A stretch of 51,836 bases of DNA from a virus. Under the pieces are notes generated by a model that had not been told where the DNA came from, did not search any database, and was given only the letters and a program-made list of their open reading frames with translations. A program made the position numbers and the translations under genes. Of the stretch, positions 49,264-51,836 are shown piece after piece. Location: IMG/VR virus record IMGVR_UViG_3300009488_000003; one strand, given 5' to 3'. Each line of letters begins with the position of its first letter. Position 1 is the stretch's first letter.

Positions 49264-50412
49264 CTAGAACAATCCATCCTGCGATGGCGCATCGGGTGCG
49301 TTTTGCGCATCCATCCGTGCCTGCAATGCCGCGATCGCCCGTTCGTATATGCCAGGATCCATCGGCATGTCCTTGACGTGCGCATATGAGCCCGTCGCCT
49401 CACGCAAGATACCCTCAGCGATTCCCCGATCGACGTTGCTGACGCGACCCTTGTGGTCCTTCAGCCCAGCAGCCTCCTTCACCAGCTCGGCGATCGTCCG
49501 GGCGCTGAGGTTGAAGTCGTAATCGACAGTTGGCTTGTCAGCGGCGGCGTTCTTCCCCAACGCCGCTTCGACCACGGCCTTGCTTTCCTCGGGCGTGCGG
49601 GGAGGCTCTTCAGGCTCGCCTTGGATTCGCTTGAGCGTGGCATCCGTACCCAGCTTCTCCAGCCTCACGGCTGGCGGGAACGCCTGGTCAACCGTCGTAT
49701 CCCCATCTTTGATCGCCGTGCGTAGTCCCGTCAGGACTGCCAAGTCCTTCAGCGTAACGTCCTCCCGATCGGCCCTGTTCAGGACGAGCAGCACGCGCTC
49801 TTCCGTCACGCCCAACTTACCGAACCACTCGAAAGCGATGCGGCGGCGCCCGCCGAGGGTCTCGGCTTTGCCAATTGCGGTCTGGATGGCAGCCTCATAG
49901 ATGGGCTTGACGAACGCAAAGGGCACGATCTTGAAGATAGCTTGGCGAAGCGCAATCGAGATAGCGGCGTTCCCCGTGACCTGAATCATGTCCGGGTTGT
50001 ACCGTTTTCCGTGTCGGTTCACGATCCGCCGCCTGATCTCGACGGACGCAGCGTTGTTCGTCTCAAGGTCGTGGCACATTCCTTGAGCGGTGATGAACTC
50101 CTGACCTTCCTCGACGATGCGTGCCCCGTAGCGGAGGTTGCCCCAGCAGGAACCCACGATTTCGGCCAGTCGGACGGACGGGCCTTGGATCGTCTCGCCC
50201 GCTCTAGGCACCGCATAGAACATGCTGGCGGCCGTCTCCTCATCGAGCGTCGCCAAGGCGAGCGCCCGAGCCTTGAACTCGCTAGTCTTGCGCGGATAGC
50301 GGTGGGCCGTCGCAACCTGGATGTCAATCTCCGACCGATTCAGGGCTTCCAAGGCGGTTGGTATCACCTCGACTATCTCCGCTGTCGGCTGGGGCTGGGA
50401 GTTGCTTTGCAC
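49264..50412 (-). CDS. single-strand annealing protein candidate (RecT/Red-beta class by context)
   Basis: GGAG lies 8 nt before the GTG at 50412. It is directly downstream of the YqaJ exonuclease. Confidence 0.5.
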   Translation of the reverse strand: MQSNSQPQPTAEIVEVIPTALEALNRSEIDIQVATAHRYPRKTSEFKARALALATLDEETAASMFYAVPRAGETIQGPSVRLAEIVGSCWGNLRYGARIVEEGQEFITAQGMCHDLETNNAASVEIRRRIVNRHGKRYNPDMIQVTGNAAISIALRQAIFKIVPFAFVKPIYEAAIQTAIGKAETLGGRRRIAFEWFGKLGVTEERVLLVLNRADREDVTLKDLAVLTGLRTAIKDGDTTVDQAFPPAVRLEKLGTDATLKRIQGEPEEPPRTPEESKAVVEAALGKNAAADKPTVDYDFNLSARTIAELVKEAAGLKDHKGRVSNVDRGIAEGILREATGSYAHVKDMPMDPGIYERAIAALQARMDAQNAPDAPSQDGLF

Positions 50413-51301
50413 GGTATTTTCTCCATGCTTCGGGTTTGCGGTACAGCATTTTGCGTTTTGTATGGGCCTTGACTTCGTATCCCTTCGTGAACTGTTCCAG
50501 GTACGTGACGCCGCCGCCATCGTATATCTGGCCCCCCTCGGCATCGCCCATCGCGCTGAGCACGGCGGCCTTCATCTTCTCGGCGGTCGCCTTGGCGCTC
50601 TTCAACGTCATCTCAGCGGCCTGCCACTGCTCCACGAGCGGTCGGTCAAGGCTGACGATCTTGTTTGGCTGGCGATGAACACGGCGGAGGTAGTTCATCG
50701 ATGGCACGATGCCACTAGGTGACTCGCGGCGGACAACGCGCTCCCAAAATGCCACCCCACGTTCGATAATCTCGCCGATGATGGTTTCGTTCCGCTCGAC
50801 GTGAAACAGGCAACGACAAGGGCTGCGGCCCGCGATCAGCACGGGCACCCAGACGCGCTTGAGGTTGCCGACCAGCATTTGGTGGTGTGTCTGGATGACG
50901 ACATAGTCGCTCACCTCGTCCGTGCCGTCCTCACCCCATAGTTCCTGCACCGCGAGGGGCCAGCCGATGCCAGCGGTCTTGGCCTCAATCGCTTCGTATA
51001 CTCGTTCCCGGATGAGCGCATCAAAACTTGCCGCGAAAATGGGGTGCGGCTTGCAAACACGCTGCTGATTCTTGATGACTGTGACGCCTAACCTCTCGGC
51101 GCACCCGTCGATCAGCCACGGCTCAGTCAGCTTGCCGATCTCAGCGATTTCGCTTTCGCGTTCTGGCGCTAATCCAGCTTCGGTTTTCTCAAGGTACAGG
51201 TCACCCGCGTTCTTGAACGGATGCAGGCCAAACAGCGCCGGGCTATCGCTGCTGCCGAGATGGTTCCGCCGCCATTCTCTTTGCTTGTCGGTGATCGGCA
51301 T
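50324..51301 (-). CDS. YqaJ/lambda-Exo-type recombination exonuclease
   Basis: HLGSSDSPALFGLHPFKNAGDLYLEK and AIEAKT fit the YqaJ PD-(D/E)xK pattern. Confidence 0.7.
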   Translation of the reverse strand: MPITDKQREWRRNHLGSSDSPALFGLHPFKNAGDLYLEKTEAGLAPERESEIAEIGKLTEPWLIDGCAERLGVTVIKNQQRVCKPHPIFAASFDALIRERVYEAIEAKTAGIGWPLAVQELWGEDGTDEVSDYVVIQTHHQMLVGNLKRVWVPVLIAGRSPCRCLFHVERNETIIGEIIERGVAFWERVVRRESPSGIVPSMNYLRRVHRQPNKIVSLDRPLVEQWQAAEMTLKSAKATAEKMKAAVLSAMGDAEGGQIYDGGGVTYLEQFTKGYEVKAHTKRKMLYRKPEAWRKYRAKQLPAPADSGDSRGDTNRLGSPESVGD

Positions 51302-51531
51302 TACTTGACCTGCTCCACCCGAATGCGAATCGGGCCACCGCCGGGCTTGAGGTGGAGGGAACGGGGCATAACTGCCTCCCACAGCGACGGGCAAAAATCA
51401 TAATAGGGACCAAGCGTGGAATCCCAGTAACCGTCGCCGTCACGCTCTGGGTTGTCTCTGTAGAGTCCATAGAAGCTATTCTTCCGCGGACGCACCAACC
51501 AAAACTCCCCCTTGCGTGCTCGCTTGGCCAT
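51301..51531 (-). CDS. hypothetical protein (76 aa)
   Basis: TAATG coupling at both ends. Confidence 0.55.
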   Translation of the reverse strand: MAKRARKGEFWLVRPRKNSFYGLYRDNPERDGDGYWDSTLGPYYDFCPSLWEAVMPRSLHLKPGGGPIRIRVEQVK

Positions 51532-51722
51532 TACTGTATCCTCTCCACGTCCTCGACTTTGATGTCCTTGATGTTGCCTTCGGTAAAGTCATCGAGTGAA
51601 CCGAAATGAGTAACCAGGCTCTTCAGGTGTTTAGCGGCGTCGTCTTCGCTTTCAGCTTGGCATAGCATTGTTCTCTTCAGCGTCACCGTCACGTCGCCGC
51701 TGTACTCGTGCATCTTGCTCAT
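51531..51722 (-). CDS. hypothetical acidic protein (63 aa)
   Basis: The ATG at 51722 corresponds to window position 9 and follows the stop of the wrapped gene 12..182. Confidence 0.5.
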   Translation of the reverse strand: MSKMHEYSGDVTVTLKRTMLCQAESEDDAAKHLKSLVTHFGSLDDFTEGNIKDIKVEDVERIQ

Positions 51723-51836
51723 GCTCAGCTCCAAACCTGTTTCGCCAGGAACCAGATCACCAGCCCGACCGCGACCGCTATCACGCCGAGCTTGCCGAGT
51801 AGCTTCATGCCGCAATACCATTCCCAGGTCGCACGC
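51714..51836. repeat. Terminal overlap, identical to 1..123
   Basis: Exact 123-nt match to the start of the window. Confidence 0.95.

Noticed and set aside
1-51836. CRISPR array, diversity-generating retroelement, retron or toxin-antitoxin pair
   Set aside because: No regularly spaced repeat-spacer array is present. No ORF carries a reverse-transcriptase YxDD motif. No template/variable repeat pair was seen near the fibre genes. The short repeats found all lie at gene junctions with irregular spacing.

Overview
The window is a complete high-GC tailed-phage genome of about 51.7 kb. Bases 1-123 are identical to 51714-51836, so it is circularly closed or terminally redundant.

Plus strand, 4584-34355: one long packaging, morphogenesis and ejection operon.
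- It runs through a candidate small terminase, two tandem paralogues, the large terminase, portal, scaffold and major capsid.
- It continues with LamG-type and fibre-like virion proteins, three internal/ejection proteins including a 1637-aa HExxH giant, and ends with a short serine recombinase.
- Gene order looks podovirus-like.

Minus strand, 4128 to 1, wrapping from 51836 down to 34300: about 55 mostly tiny, translationally coupled early genes.
- These include two HNH endonucleases, a YqaJ-type exonuclease with an annealing protein, a RuvC-like resolvase, Zn-ribbon peptides and a block of small membrane proteins and lipoproteins.
- I could not recognise a DNA polymerase, primase, helicase, canonical tRNA, CRISPR array or reverse transcriptase.

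The most unusual content is non-coding and lies on the minus strand.
1. A 0.8-kb ORF-free stretch (44855-45673) folds by hand into many long helices. Their G:U pairs only work on the minus strand, which suggests a giant structured RNA.
2. A 1.1-kb ORF-poor stretch (195-1295) holds two paralogous tRNA-like RNAs, each an acceptor stem plus T-arm closing 112 or 147 nt. A self-promoted HNH cassette bounded by 19-bp direct repeats sits between them.
3. Several families of short repeats sit exactly at gene junctions.

All functional calls rest on motifs read by eye and on gene order. No database search was possible.
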